A DNA stretch of 64,000 nt from a virus. Lineage: Duplodnaviria; Caudoviricetes. Shown piece after piece: positions 9,752-20,134 of the stretch. The stretch lies in the IMG/VR virus record IMGVR_UViG_3300037067_021710; one strand, written 5' to 3'. Position numbers and translations under genes: made by a program. Within the stretch, counting starts at the first letter, position 1. Every line of letters starts with the position of its first letter. A model generated the notes under the pieces. That model ran no database searches. It saw only the letters and a list, made by a program, of their open reading frames with translations, and was not told the origin of the DNA.

Positions 9752-10765
9752 TTGATACTAGACGACCTACAATACATAATAAATCAACCCTTAGATTGGG
9801 ATATGTTTAAAGATAAAACTGTCTTAATCTCTGGGTCGTCTGGATTTTTAGCTTCTTACATAATTGATACATTTCTTTATCTTAATCAACAACAAAATCT
9901 TAATATAAAAATTATTGGAATACAACGAAATTTTTCAACTCGAGTGTCTAATAAAACTTTAAAACTAATTTATGAAGATATATGCAATGAAATCAGAATA
10001 ACAGAAGATATTGACTATATTATTCATACTGCAGGTTTAGCAACTCCGAAAGTATTTAATGAAAACCCAGTAGGGGTTGTTTTGCCAAACACATTAGGCA
10101 CAATAAATTTATTAAATTTAGCTATAGAAAAAAAAGTTAAAGGATTTTTATTTTTTAGTACTACAGGAGTTTACGGAGAATTAAATAAGGTTCAATATCC
10201 TGCTCATGAAAATTCTTTTAATGGATATTTAGATCCAACTGATGTTTCCTCATGCTATTTAGAAAGTAAACGTATGGGTGAAAATTTATGTATAGCATGG
10301 ATGCATCAATATGGAGTTCCAATAAAAATTGTTCGACCTTCTATAGTTTATGGGTATGGCATAAAATTAAATGATGGCAGATCCTTTGCTGATTTTATTT
10401 CTAATATTATCAATAAACAAGATATTGTTTTGTTTAGTGAAGGTAAAGCTTTAAGAAGTTTTTGTTATGTTGCCGATGCTATTGTTGGATTTTTTATAGT
10501 GCTACTCAAAGGTAAAGTAGGTGAGGCTTATAATATTGCTCCAGATTCAGAAATAAGCATTATAGATTTAGCTAATTTACTTATTAAAAAAGTATTTCCT
10601 GAGCTTAAATTAAAAGTTGTAATAAAAAAAGATGATTCAAAAACTTATTTAAGAAAAGAATTTCCCTGTACAGCAATGGACACAAGAAAATTAAAAGAAC
10701 TTGGATGGAACCCAAATTTTTCTTTAGAAGAAGGGTTTAAAAGAACTATTGAGAGTTATTTATGA
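9752..10765 (+). CDS. NAD-dependent epimerase/dehydratase
   Basis: ISGSSGFLA, YLESK (YxxxK), RSFCYVAD. Confidence 0.9.
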   Translation: MILDDLQYIINQPLDWDMFKDKTVLISGSSGFLASYIIDTFLYLNQQQNLNIKIIGIQRNFSTRVSNKTLKLIYEDICNEIRITEDIDYIIHTAGLATPKVFNENPVGVVLPNTLGTINLLNLAIEKKVKGFLFFSTTGVYGELNKVQYPAHENSFNGYLDPTDVSSCYLESKRMGENLCIAWMHQYGVPIKIVRPSIVYGYGIKLNDGRSFADFISNIINKQDIVLFSEGKALRSFCYVADAIVGFFIVLLKGKVGEAYNIAPDSEISIIDLANLLIKKVFPELKLKVVIKKDDSKTYLRKEFPCTAMDTRKLKELGWNPNFSLEEGFKRTIESYL

Positions 10766-11655
10766 AATTAAAAGAATTATATAAATTATATTCAGGAAAA
10801 TTTTTAGATAAGCAAGCTTATATAAACTCTATGTATGAAAAACATCAATTGCTTTTTGAATATAGCGAATTTATAAAAAAATCTGAGATTGAATCATTGC
10901 ATATTGAAGACAATTATGTTTATGCTATTATGCGAAATACAGGCATAAAATTACTTCTTAATAACCTCGATAAACGATTTATTCCAATTGAAATATTGAA
11001 CTTTCGTTCAATTGAGTCTACAGAAAAAGAAGTAGTGTATAATTTAGCTTCTAAATGTAAAACTATATTTGACATTGGGGCTAACATTGGATGGTATACA
11101 TTAAATTTTAGTAAATTTCTCTCTGTAGAAAAAATATATGCTTTTGAACCTATACCTATTACTTATGACTATTTAAAAAAGCATATTGAATTAAACAACA
11201 TACATAACGCTGAAATATATAATTTTGGCTTGTCTAATGAAGTAGCAGAAAAAACTTTTTATTGGACAAAGGAAGAGCTGGGCAGTTCTTCTTTGACTAA
11301 TCTTCGAGACAGAATTGAAATTGAAAAGACTGTATGTCAATTAAATACTATAGACAATTTTGTAAAAAATACAAATATTAAAATAGATTTTATAAAATGC
11401 GATGTTGAAGGGGCAGAGCTACTCGTATTTCAAGGAGGAATTGAAACTATAAAACGAGATAAACCAATTATATTTTCTGAAATGCTAAGAAAATGGTCAG
11501 CAAAATTTAGTTATCATCCTAATGATATTATTAAATTGCTTTCTGATATTGGGTATAATTGTTTTACAATAAATAATAATAAGTTAGTGCCTTTTAAAAA
11601 AATGACAGAAGAAACTAAAGAAACAAATTTTATATTTATACACGGAGAAAAATAG
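10762..11655 (+). CDS. FkbM-family methyltransferase
   Basis: DIGANIG, AFEP, IKCDVEGAE. Confidence 0.9.
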   Translation: MKLKELYKLYSGKFLDKQAYINSMYEKHQLLFEYSEFIKKSEIESLHIEDNYVYAIMRNTGIKLLLNNLDKRFIPIEILNFRSIESTEKEVVYNLASKCKTIFDIGANIGWYTLNFSKFLSVEKIYAFEPIPITYDYLKKHIELNNIHNAEIYNFGLSNEVAEKTFYWTKEELGSSSLTNLRDRIEIEKTVCQLNTIDNFVKNTNIKIDFIKCDVEGAELLVFQGGIETIKRDKPIIFSEMLRKWSAKFSYHPNDIIKLLSDIGYNCFTINNNKLVPFKKMTEETKETNFIFIHGEK

Positions 11656-12593
11656 TGAAGAAAAAATACTTAATTGTGGCTCCACACTATGACCGTCGAA
11701 GTAGTGGAATTAAAGCGTTATATGTGCTATGTTCAAGATTAAACTCATTAGGGTATGAAGCGTATATTACAGGTGAAAAATCTCCTTACCCAAATACTAA
11801 AAGAGTTTGGGATTTAAATAAAGAAGAATTAAAAGACTTACAACTTAATGGAGTAGTTGTATATCCTGATCATATTGTAAATAAAAATCCTTTAAGATTT
11901 ACAAATGTGGTCCGTTGGTTTTTAGGAATTACTCAAGAAGCTCCTGAAAATGAATTAGTTTTTTCTATGTCCCCTTCTCATAATTTTACAGTACAAGCAA
12001 AATACAATTTAATGATGCTTGATATAGAGCCTTTTTTTAAATTTCCTGAAGTTGAAAATAGGTCACATAAATGTTTTAGGGTTGGGAAGGGATCTGCAAT
12101 ATATCGATCACCGCTAACAAATGGTTGCACTGAAATAACAGCAGATTTTCCAATGTCAAGAGAAGGATTAGCCTATTTATTACAATCTTCTAAAATATTT
12201 TATACCTATGATAATTTTACTTTATTAATGTTAGAAGCTTTATTATGTGGATGCCCTGTAGTGATCTTGGGATACCCAATTACTGAAAAGAAAAACATAA
12301 TTGGTAATGTTTTAAATAAATATGGAACACGGTTTCATGAGGAAATATCATTTGATGATAATGGTATTCCATTAAATTATGACGAAATGAAAAGTGAAAT
12401 ACCACAACAAATTACTTTGTATAATGAACTAATGTTAAATGCACATCAAGAGTTATTAAAATTTATTGAACTTACTCAAAATATGCCTGATGTTTATGTT
12501 GAAGACTTAGGAGCCCATACTCCAAGTAATCCCCATCCTTGGATTGCTATGGGGTTTTGGAATGATTTTTTTACTTTATTTTCAGAACGATAA
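11655..12593 (+). CDS. glycosyltransferase-like (WavQ-like) protein
   Basis: SSGIKALYVLC..LN, VVYPD, VVRWFL, YTYD..T...EALLCGCPVV. Confidence 0.6.
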   Translation: MKKKYLIVAPHYDRRSSGIKALYVLCSRLNSLGYEAYITGEKSPYPNTKRVWDLNKEELKDLQLNGVVVYPDHIVNKNPLRFTNVVRWFLGITQEAPENELVFSMSPSHNFTVQAKYNLMMLDIEPFFKFPEVENRSHKCFRVGKGSAIYRSPLTNGCTEITADFPMSREGLAYLLQSSKIFYTYDNFTLLMLEALLCGCPVVILGYPITEKKNIIGNVLNKYGTRFHEEISFDDNGIPLNYDEMKSEIPQQITLYNELMLNAHQELLKFIELTQNMPDVYVEDLGAHTPSNPHPWIAMGFWNDFFTLFSER

Positions 12594-12607
12594 AAGGAGT
12601 CAATATT

Positions 12608-13252
12608 ATGCTACATATAATTACACCATTTTCAAGATTCGAAAATGCAAATTTTTATATAGATAATTTGCAAAATAAAAATGTTATTTGGCATCCTATT
12701 GTATATACTCCAATTGATATATTTTCTCAAAAATGGATTGAACCTTATATATTTTTTGATGAAGCCGCTTTTCCACCAAATATATGTAAGATTAACTCTT
12801 TTATGAAAAATTATCCAATCATTGATAATGATCGTTATTGTTTTATGAATGATGACGACTGGCTTGAAGATAATGTGTTTAGAGTTTTTAAAACTGAAAA
12901 TGACCCTGATGATGATGTTGTATTTATTAGTATGAAAAGAGGTTATGGAAAACAACCTGGTTTTCCTTGGGGTCATCCTACTTTTACACTAGAAGTTGAT
13001 ATGAATAGAATAATTATTGGAAATATTGGCTTTGAACAATATTTTATAAAAGGCAGAGTTTTAAAAACATTAGAATTTGATAATTACGGCTGTTTTGATG
13101 GGCTTATGGCTATGGAATTAAATTATAATTATAAAGTTAAGCCAATGCCTTATGTATATGCTATGTTTAATTATTTAGAACCTGGGCGTTGGGATATTTC
13201 TAAAAAAGGGGAAGTTGTTCAATGGAGACTTCCTGTTCCAGGTGTGGACTGA
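12608..13252 (+). CDS. GT-A-fold glycosyltransferase-like protein, paralog of 14076..14726
   Basis: LHIITP.SR start, FMNDDD (DxD), near-identical blocks with 14076..14726. Confidence 0.6.
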   Translation: MLHIITPFSRFENANFYIDNLQNKNVIWHPIVYTPIDIFSQKWIEPYIFFDEAAFPPNICKINSFMKNYPIIDNDRYCFMNDDDWLEDNVFRVFKTENDPDDDVVFISMKRGYGKQPGFPWGHPTFTLEVDMNRIIIGNIGFEQYFIKGRVLKTLEFDNYGCFDGLMAMELNYNYKVKPMPYVYAMFNYLEPGRWDISKKGEVVQWRLPVPGVD

Positions 13253-13254
13253 TT

Positions 13255-14073
13255 GTGAAAAAAATAGCTATTATAGGGTCTACGAGTCATGTAGCTAAAA
13301 ATTTAATTGAATATTTTAATAAAGAGCATCAACACATAGACTTATATTCACGTTCATTAAATAATCTCGATATTTTGCCGAATGGTTACGATTGCATAAT
13401 AAATTGTATTCTTGCAAAAGTAACAGAGCCCTTATATTTTGAGACTTCAGAGCATTTTGATAATTTAATTTTAGACTATTTACAATTAAATACTGATTGT
13501 TTATATATAAATTGTAGTTCTGGGGTTGTGCATGAAATTAGAAAATGTGATGTTGATAATCTTAGAGAAGAACACTATGCAATGGTTTCAAAGTTAAATT
13601 CAGAAATGAAGCACGCTGCACATAAAAATTTGAATGTAATTGATTTAAGATTTTATTCATTTTTTAGTAGATTTACTAACTTAGAAGCCCCCTATTTTAT
13701 GAATGAAATTATAAAAAGTGTCATTAATAAAGAAACTTTTATAACAACTAAAAAAAATTTTTCAAGAGATTATATTAACCCTTTGGATTTGTATAATATA
13801 ATTAAATACTTAATTGCAGTACAAAAAATAAGAGGTCATTTTGAAATTGGTAGTACACAGCCTACCTCAAAAGATGCTATTATAAATTACTTTATTAAAG
13901 ATTATAATTTAAAAATTAAATATGTTGATAAAATTGATTTTAAAGGGTATACAGCATCTAAAATAAACTATTTCCCTAAAGAAAGGACTTTACCATCATT
14001 AGTTAAATATTCATCTTTAGACACAATAAAAGAAGAGTCTCGAGTTATATTAGCAAAGTTTATGGAGAAATAA
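13255..14073 (+). CDS. NAD-dependent epimerase/reductase (divergent SDR)
   Basis: IAIIGSTSHVA, SSG, YAMVSK, RDYI; GTG start chosen to avoid overlap. Confidence 0.75.
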   Translation: MKKIAIIGSTSHVAKNLIEYFNKEHQHIDLYSRSLNNLDILPNGYDCIINCILAKVTEPLYFETSEHFDNLILDYLQLNTDCLYINCSSGVVHEIRKCDVDNLREEHYAMVSKLNSEMKHAAHKNLNVIDLRFYSFFSRFTNLEAPYFMNEIIKSVINKETFITTKKNFSRDYINPLDLYNIIKYLIAVQKIRGHFEIGSTQPTSKDAIINYFIKDYNLKIKYVDKIDFKGYTASKINYFPKERTLPSLVKYSSLDTIKEESRVILAKFMEK

Positions 14074-14075
14074 TT

Positions 14076-14726
14076 ATGTTGCATATTATTACAAGTTTTT
14101 CAAGATTAGATCGTAAAGATTGGTATATTAATATGCTAGAGTCAAAAAATATTATTTGGCATCCTATTTTACATTATAATACTGACCAAACAGATCCTTC
14201 AGATAAATTTCAACCTCTTACAAAAAAAGAAGATATTGAATTTAATAGACTTTGGATTCAACCACATTTTATAAAAAATATACCTTCAAATATAGATATT
14301 TGCTATTATAAATTAGATGACTTTATACAAAACAGTCAAACAATAATAGACTCAGATAGATATTGTTTTATGAATGATGATGATTGGATGGAAGATGATA
14401 CTTTTGATTTTTTTAACACTACTAAACTTAATGAAGATGTTGTTTTTGTATCTATGAAAAGAGGATATGGTCAACAACCAGGATATCCAAATGGCCATCC
14501 AACTTCTACATTAATAGCTCATCCAGCTAATATGCAAGTAGGAACTATAGGATTAGAACAATATTTTGTTAAAGGGAATATTTTAAAACAAATAAGATTT
14601 GACGTACATAATGGCTGTACTGATGGCCTTATTGCAGTATGGCTTTTTCAAAATTTTAAAGTTAGTTTTGCGCCATATCGTTATGTATGGTTTAATTATC
14701 TAGAACCGGGAAGGTGGGAAAAATAA
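14076..14726 (+). CDS. GT-A-fold glycosyltransferase-like protein, paralog of 12608..13252
   Basis: DRYCFMNDDDW, SMKRGYG.QPG, FNYLEPGRW shared. Confidence 0.6.
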   Translation: MLHIITSFSRLDRKDWYINMLESKNIIWHPILHYNTDQTDPSDKFQPLTKKEDIEFNRLWIQPHFIKNIPSNIDICYYKLDDFIQNSQTIIDSDRYCFMNDDDWMEDDTFDFFNTTKLNEDVVFVSMKRGYGQQPGYPNGHPTSTLIAHPANMQVGTIGLEQYFVKGNILKQIRFDVHNGCTDGLIAVWLFQNFKVSFAPYRYVWFNYLEPGRWEK

Positions 14727-15496
14727 TGAATTATTTATTAGGAACTTCTGCGTATAGTTGCCCAGAGCTGTTAGAAAAATGTATTGTGAGTTGGGATAAA
14801 CACATAGACCGAGTTGTGTATTTCGACGGTTATTATTATAAGAAAATTTTCAAGAGTTTGCTTGAAAATAATATTATTGAGAGTAACGTTAATTGTATTT
14901 TAGAACCAAAAATACCTGATCACATAGGAGTTAGTGGGTCATGGAATAGAATACTAAGATTTGGTTTTGAAGTATTAAATAAGGACTATGTAATAATGGT
15001 TGGCTCTGATACTGTTATGAAACCAGGATTTTTAGACACAGTACTAACAGACTTAGAATTAAAAAAACCTGATTTTGCTGTAGGATATAATTGTTGTTTT
15101 AATTGTTGGGCAATGAGTAGAAAATGCTATGATGTTGTGGGTTTATGGGATGAAAACTTCTTTCCTGCTTATTGGGAAGATCTTGATTACCATTTTCGAA
15201 TTGTAAATGCTAATTTGACTATGATACAAGTTGGGCAAGATGGACTACTTGAACATTGTGGATCTTCAACTATTAGAACTTGCCCAGAACGTGATCAAGC
15301 AAATAGCAGAACTTTTGTAAGAAATAAACATTATTTAGAAACAAAGTGGAATGGCCCTATTTTTACGAGTGAAAATTTTAAAACTCCGTTTAACGATCCA
15401 GAAGCCACATTAGAAGATTGGGAACTACAAGAAGCTGAATACGCAGAGAAAAGAAAAATTTGGAAAGAAGTTGAAGATAAACTAAATAAGGATTAA
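14714..15496 (+). CDS. glycosyltransferase family 2
   Basis: GVSGSWN, VGLWDENFFPAYWEDLDY, H.GSST. Confidence 0.8.
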   Translation: MGKIMNYLLGTSAYSCPELLEKCIVSWDKHIDRVVYFDGYYYKKIFKSLLENNIIESNVNCILEPKIPDHIGVSGSWNRILRFGFEVLNKDYVIMVGSDTVMKPGFLDTVLTDLELKKPDFAVGYNCCFNCWAMSRKCYDVVGLWDENFFPAYWEDLDYHFRIVNANLTMIQVGQDGLLEHCGSSTIRTCPERDQANSRTFVRNKHYLETKWNGPIFTSENFKTPFNDPEATLEDWELQEAEYAEKRKIWKEVEDKLNKD

Positions 15497-15499
15497 TAA

Positions 15500-16126
15500 A
15501 TGCTTATTACATTATTAACGACTTCAAGTGATTCTTTTTGGTATATATTTAGACATACTGTGCCAAATAAAATGGAGTACTGTTTACGTTGGGGAATACA
15601 ATTAACAATTAGAAAACAATTTCTACGAGATGGTGGGCCTACAATTGAACGACCACAATTCATTTTAGATGTTTTAGACACATGCGATTGGCTTTGGTTC
15701 ATGGGTGGAGATACTCTTATTATGAATCAAACTATTGATGTAAAGCGGTTTATTAATGACAAGCATAATCTTATTATTGGTCAAGATGTAAATGGTATAA
15801 ATAATGATGTTTTCTTTTTAAAAAATTCAGAGGCTTCAAAAGAGTTTTTACGACAAGTTATAGCTCTTAAAGACACTCATCATAACGATCAAGCAGCTAT
15901 GCAAGAAATTATAGATAAAAATTTAGTCCCTGAATTAAATCATTGTATTGTACCTCAAAAATTTTTTAATGCTTATCTATATGCTACTGAACCTGCTTAT
16001 TTTGCTTATCCAAAAGACTATGAAGGAAATTTTGTTATAGGAGATTTTGTTCTTCATTTAGCTGCTATTGATAATTATCGACGTGAAGAACTTATTAATG
16101 AATATTTGCCCAAAGTAATTAAATAA
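15500..16126 (+). CDS. nucleotide-diphospho-sugar transferase (GT34/GT77-like)
   Basis: WLWFMGGDTLIMN, QD.NGIN..VF, DQAA, FNAY, GDFVLHLA. Confidence 0.7.
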   Translation: MLITLLTTSSDSFWYIFRHTVPNKMEYCLRWGIQLTIRKQFLRDGGPTIERPQFILDVLDTCDWLWFMGGDTLIMNQTIDVKRFINDKHNLIIGQDVNGINNDVFFLKNSEASKEFLRQVIALKDTHHNDQAAMQEIIDKNLVPELNHCIVPQKFFNAYLYATEPAYFAYPKDYEGNFVIGDFVLHLAAIDNYRREELINEYLPKVIK

Positions 16127-17172
16127 TGAATAATAAAATTAGTATAATTATGCCTGTTTATAACTCTGAAAAATACTTAAAAGAGTCTATAGAAAGTGTT
16201 TTAAAACAAGAGTATATAAATTGGGAATTAATTTTAATTGATGATGGATCTACTGATCTTAGCTCGGTTATTTGCAACCAGTATACTATAGAAGACAATA
16301 GAATTAAATTTATAAGACACACTCATACAGGGCTACCTAGTGTTATAAGAAATATTGGTTTAAAGGTTTGTACTGGTAATTATATTACTTTTTTAGATTC
16401 AGATGATTATCTAAATGCTAATGCTCTTAGCTTACTAGATCATATGCTTACAGTGAGAGACAGTAGTATTTTTATAATTGGAAACTTTACTATTATAGAA
16501 AATAATAAAATTAAAGAGCGTGGTGATAAATTTCCTTCCAATCATAGATTTTTTACTTTTTCTATGATTATTGATTATATTTTAGCCTACTTAAAAGAAC
16601 CTAATAAATATACTTTATTTAACCCATGTTGGGGTAGATTATACAGCGCAAAAATTATAAATGAGAATAATCTTAAATTCGATGAAGACTTATGTATATT
16701 TGAAGATACAAAGTTTAATTTTGAATATTTACAATATATCAATAAAACTCTTTATATTAGCGATAAAATATATAACTATAGAATGCAAGATGAATTTAAG
16801 TCTCTTACTTTTAGTGTAAATAATATAAATAAGTTATTTGACTTTATTAAAGCATTAAAATTTATTAGACTTTTGTTACGAAATTATTTAAGTGAAGAAA
16901 CTATAACGGCTAAAGTAGGGCATACGATTATTTCTTTAACTATTATACAATTAATAAGAATATGCGGTCAGATAAATTTGCAAAATAAACAAAAAACATT
17001 TGAATTTTTAAAACAACTTTTACATAGTGAAGAATTAAGAAGCAATTTAAAATATTATTCTCCTAATAAAAATGATAGTCGTCTTATTCCCTTATTTCTA
17101 TTTTTAAAATTAAGATTTTTTCTTGTTCTTATTGCTAAATATAAATTTAAAAAACGGTATATAAAAATATGA
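16126..17172 (+). CDS. glycosyltransferase family 2
   Basis: ISIIMPVYN, IDDGSTD, RNIGL, FLDSDD, FED. Confidence 0.9.
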   Translation: MNNKISIIMPVYNSEKYLKESIESVLKQEYINWELILIDDGSTDLSSVICNQYTIEDNRIKFIRHTHTGLPSVIRNIGLKVCTGNYITFLDSDDYLNANALSLLDHMLTVRDSSIFIIGNFTIIENNKIKERGDKFPSNHRFFTFSMIIDYILAYLKEPNKYTLFNPCWGRLYSAKIINENNLKFDEDLCIFEDTKFNFEYLQYINKTLYISDKIYNYRMQDEFKSLTFSVNNINKLFDFIKALKFIRLLLRNYLSEETITAKVGHTIISLTIIQLIRICGQINLQNKQKTFEFLKQLLHSEELRSNLKYYSPNKNDSRLIPLFLFLKLRFFLVLIAKYKFKKRYIKI

Positions 17173-18311
17173 GTCTTGTTGAAAAAATAAAAAATAGCTC
17201 TTTTCCAATTGTAATATTCGGAGCTGGTATAGCTGGAAAATTTACTTTAGACTTTTGCAAAAAAAATAATATAGAAGTGGAGGGCTTTTGCGATAATAAC
17301 CAAAATAAAAGAGAGAAGTTGTTTTATGGTCTAAAAGTAAATTCTCTTTTACAAATAAACCATAAGCATAAAAATGTTTTATTTTTAATTTCTAATTTAG
17401 ATATAAATGACACAGTCCAGCAATTAAAACTTTATGGGTTTAATTATTGGATGTCGTGTAATGAAATACTAAAAGATGTTAATGATAGGATAGTTTCTAA
17501 TATGATTGTAAGTCATGATAACTACCTTAATCAAGATATTTTATTTATACGTGGAATAGATATTATAATCACTGAAAAGTGCTCTTTAAAATGTAAAGAT
17601 TGTTCTAATCTTATGAATTATTATGAAAAACCAAAAAATTGTGATACTAAAATTTTAAATCAAGAAATTAAAAACTTTTGTTTAATAGTAGATAAAATAG
17701 GAGAAGTAAGAATTATCGGTGGTGAGCCATTTATGAATAAAGATGTTCACTTAATTGTACAGCCACTATTAACAAATGATAAAATTAATCAAATTGTAAT
17801 TTATACAAATGGAACTTTTTTACCAACAATAAAACAGCTTGAAGTTTTTAAACATTCAAAAGTATCTTTTTATATTTCAAATTATGGCAATTTATCAAAA
17901 AAGTTTTCTCAGTTATGCGAGTTACTTACAAAGGAAAATATTCCTTTTGTTGTTCCAGAAATGCGATGGACTGAGTGCTCTATAATAGCTCAATTTAATA
18001 GAACAGTAGAAGAAAATCAGAAAGTATTTGATGATTGTTGTGTAAAAAATCTACTTACATTATCAAATAATAAGCTATATAGATGCCCATTTTTTGCTAA
18101 CGCAGATAGACTAAGAGCTATACCAGATTTTTTGGATGAATATATAAACTTATCGTACAATCCTACAAAGAATGAAATTAAAAAATATTTATTAGATACT
18201 TGTTATCTACACGCTTGTGAGTTTTGTGCAGGAAGAGCTTTCTATGATAAAGAGATAGAAGCAGCAATACAAACAAAACAGCCGATTTCATATATAAAAT
18301 ATTCGGAGTAA
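17169..18311 (+). CDS. radical SAM protein with N-terminal Rossmann-like domain
   Basis: IFGAGIAG; CSLKCKDC; IGGEP; C-terminal YRCP and CEFC. Confidence 0.85.
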   Translation: MSLVEKIKNSSFPIVIFGAGIAGKFTLDFCKKNNIEVEGFCDNNQNKREKLFYGLKVNSLLQINHKHKNVLFLISNLDINDTVQQLKLYGFNYWMSCNEILKDVNDRIVSNMIVSHDNYLNQDILFIRGIDIIITEKCSLKCKDCSNLMNYYEKPKNCDTKILNQEIKNFCLIVDKIGEVRIIGGEPFMNKDVHLIVQPLLTNDKINQIVIYTNGTFLPTIKQLEVFKHSKVSFYISNYGNLSKKFSQLCELLTKENIPFVVPEMRWTECSIIAQFNRTVEENQKVFDDCCVKNLLTLSNNKLYRCPFFANADRLRAIPDFLDEYINLSYNPTKNEIKKYLLDTCYLHACEFCAGRAFYDKEIEAAIQTKQPISYIKYSE

Positions 18312-18314
18312 TTA

Positions 18315-19082
18315 ATGAAAGTAGTAATTTTAGCTGGGGGTATGGGGTCTCGACTCTCTGAAGAAACTATAAAAATTCCTAAACCTATGGTTGAGATAGG
18401 TGGAAAACCTATTTTGTGGCATCTTATGAAATATTATTCTTCATACGGGCTTAATGATTTTATTATTTGCTGTGGTTATAAAGGCTATCTTATTAAAGAG
18501 TATTTTGCAAATTATCATATGCACAATTCAGATATGACAATTAACTTAAGTACTGGCAATGTTAAATATAAGTATTGTACCTCTGAAAATTGGAATGTTA
18601 CTTTAGTAGATACAGGCATTGATACATTAACAGAAGAACGTTTACTAAAAATAAAACAATATGTAGATACTGAAGCTTTTTGTTTAACTTACGGAGATGG
18701 GCTCTGTGATGTTAATATTCCAGAACTTGTAGGTTTCCATTTACGTGAAGGTAAATCTGCTACCGTAACGGCTATTAAAAGTCAAGGAAGATTCGGAGCA
18801 TTAAAAATTAATGAAGATGATAATGTTACTGCTTTTATGGAAAAAATTATAACTGAAGAGTCTTGGATTAATGGTGGATTTTTTGTTTTTGAGCCAAAAA
18901 TATTTCAATGGTTAAAACCTAATGCTATGTTAGAACAAAGCGTTTTACCTATGTTATCTCAAACTAATGATCTTATGGCCTATAGACATTTTGGAAATTG
19001 GCAATGTATGGATACAATGCATGATAGATTTGTTCTTGAAGATATGTGGAATTCAAAAAAAGCTTTTTGGAAAAATTGGTAA
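18315..19082 (+). CDS. rfbF: glucose-1-phosphate cytidylyltransferase
   Basis: ILAGGMGSRLSEET..PKPMVEIGGKPILWH, LTYGDG, WQCMDT. Confidence 0.93.
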   Translation: MKVVILAGGMGSRLSEETIKIPKPMVEIGGKPILWHLMKYYSSYGLNDFIICCGYKGYLIKEYFANYHMHNSDMTINLSTGNVKYKYCTSENWNVTLVDTGIDTLTEERLLKIKQYVDTEAFCLTYGDGLCDVNIPELVGFHLREGKSATVTAIKSQGRFGALKINEDDNVTAFMEKIITEESWINGGFFVFEPKIFQWLKPNAMLEQSVLPMLSQTNDLMAYRHFGNWQCMDTMHDRFVLEDMWNSKKAFWKNW

Positions 19083-20134
19083 TGTTTAATAATATTTACA
19101 AAAATAAAAAAGTTTTTATTACTGGTCATTCTGGGTTTTGTGGTACTTGGCTCACAACTTGGCTATTAAAATTAGGAGCTGATGTGTGCGGATATTCTCT
19201 TGACCCAAATACTAATCCAAATCACTTTTCATTATTAAATATGCAAGAAAAATCTAATTTAAAAAATTGGATTTGTGACATTAGATCTCTTGAGTCATTA
19301 AAACATTGTATTGGTTCATATGAACCTGATATAGTATTTCACTTAGCTGCAGAACCACTTGTAAAGCAGTCATATTTAACCCCAATGAAAACTTTTGAAG
19401 TAAATACTATTGGGACTTTAAATTTATTAGAAGCTTGCAGAGATGTCAAGTCTATTAAAGCAATATTGATTATAACGACAGACAAAGTGTATGAAAATCT
19501 AGAACAAGGAGAAAAATTTAAAGAGACTGATCGACTTGGTGCTCATGACCCATATTCTACATCTAAATCTTGTGCTGAACTTATTACAGAATCATATAAA
19601 AAATCTTTTTATGATACTAATACTTTAATTTCTACAGTTCGCGCAGGCAATATTATTGGAGGGGGTGATTGGGCCCAAGATAGATTAATTCCAGATCTTA
19701 TTAAAGCTACAATAAATAACAAAGAAGTTGAAATTCGAAATCCAAATTCAACAAGACCTTGGCAACATATACTTGATGCAATAAGTGGTTACTTACTTTT
19801 AGGAGAAAAATTATTAAATAATGAAAAAACTTATGAAGGAGCTTGGAATTTTGCTCCAGTAAATGAAGAAGCTATTTCAGTCAAAAAAGTTATAAATTAT
19901 GCAAAACAGGCTTGGATAAAAATTCAAAGGCCAATAGTAGCTTCAATAGAAACTACCCAACACGAAGCAACCTCATTACAATTAGATTCTACAAAAGCTT
20001 GGTTTTTATTATCATGGACTAATAAGTTTGCTACTCAACAAGCAGTTGAATGGACAATAGAATGGTATAAAGAATTTTATGAAAATAATAAAATTATAAC
20101 AATGGAGCAGCTTGAAAAATATGAGGGCCTCTGA
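19082..20134 (+). CDS. rfbG: CDP-glucose 4,6-dehydratase
   Basis: ITGHSGFCG, TTDKVY, DPYSTSK, RAGNIIGGGDW, RPWQH. Confidence 0.93.
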   Translation: MFNNIYKNKKVFITGHSGFCGTWLTTWLLKLGADVCGYSLDPNTNPNHFSLLNMQEKSNLKNWICDIRSLESLKHCIGSYEPDIVFHLAAEPLVKQSYLTPMKTFEVNTIGTLNLLEACRDVKSIKAILIITTDKVYENLEQGEKFKETDRLGAHDPYSTSKSCAELITESYKKSFYDTNTLISTVRAGNIIGGGDWAQDRLIPDLIKATINNKEVEIRNPNSTRPWQHILDAISGYLLLGEKLLNNEKTYEGAWNFAPVNEEAISVKKVINYAKQAWIKIQRPIVASIETTQHEATSLQLDSTKAWFLLSWTNKFATQQAVEWTIEWYKEFYENNKIITMEQLEKYEGL

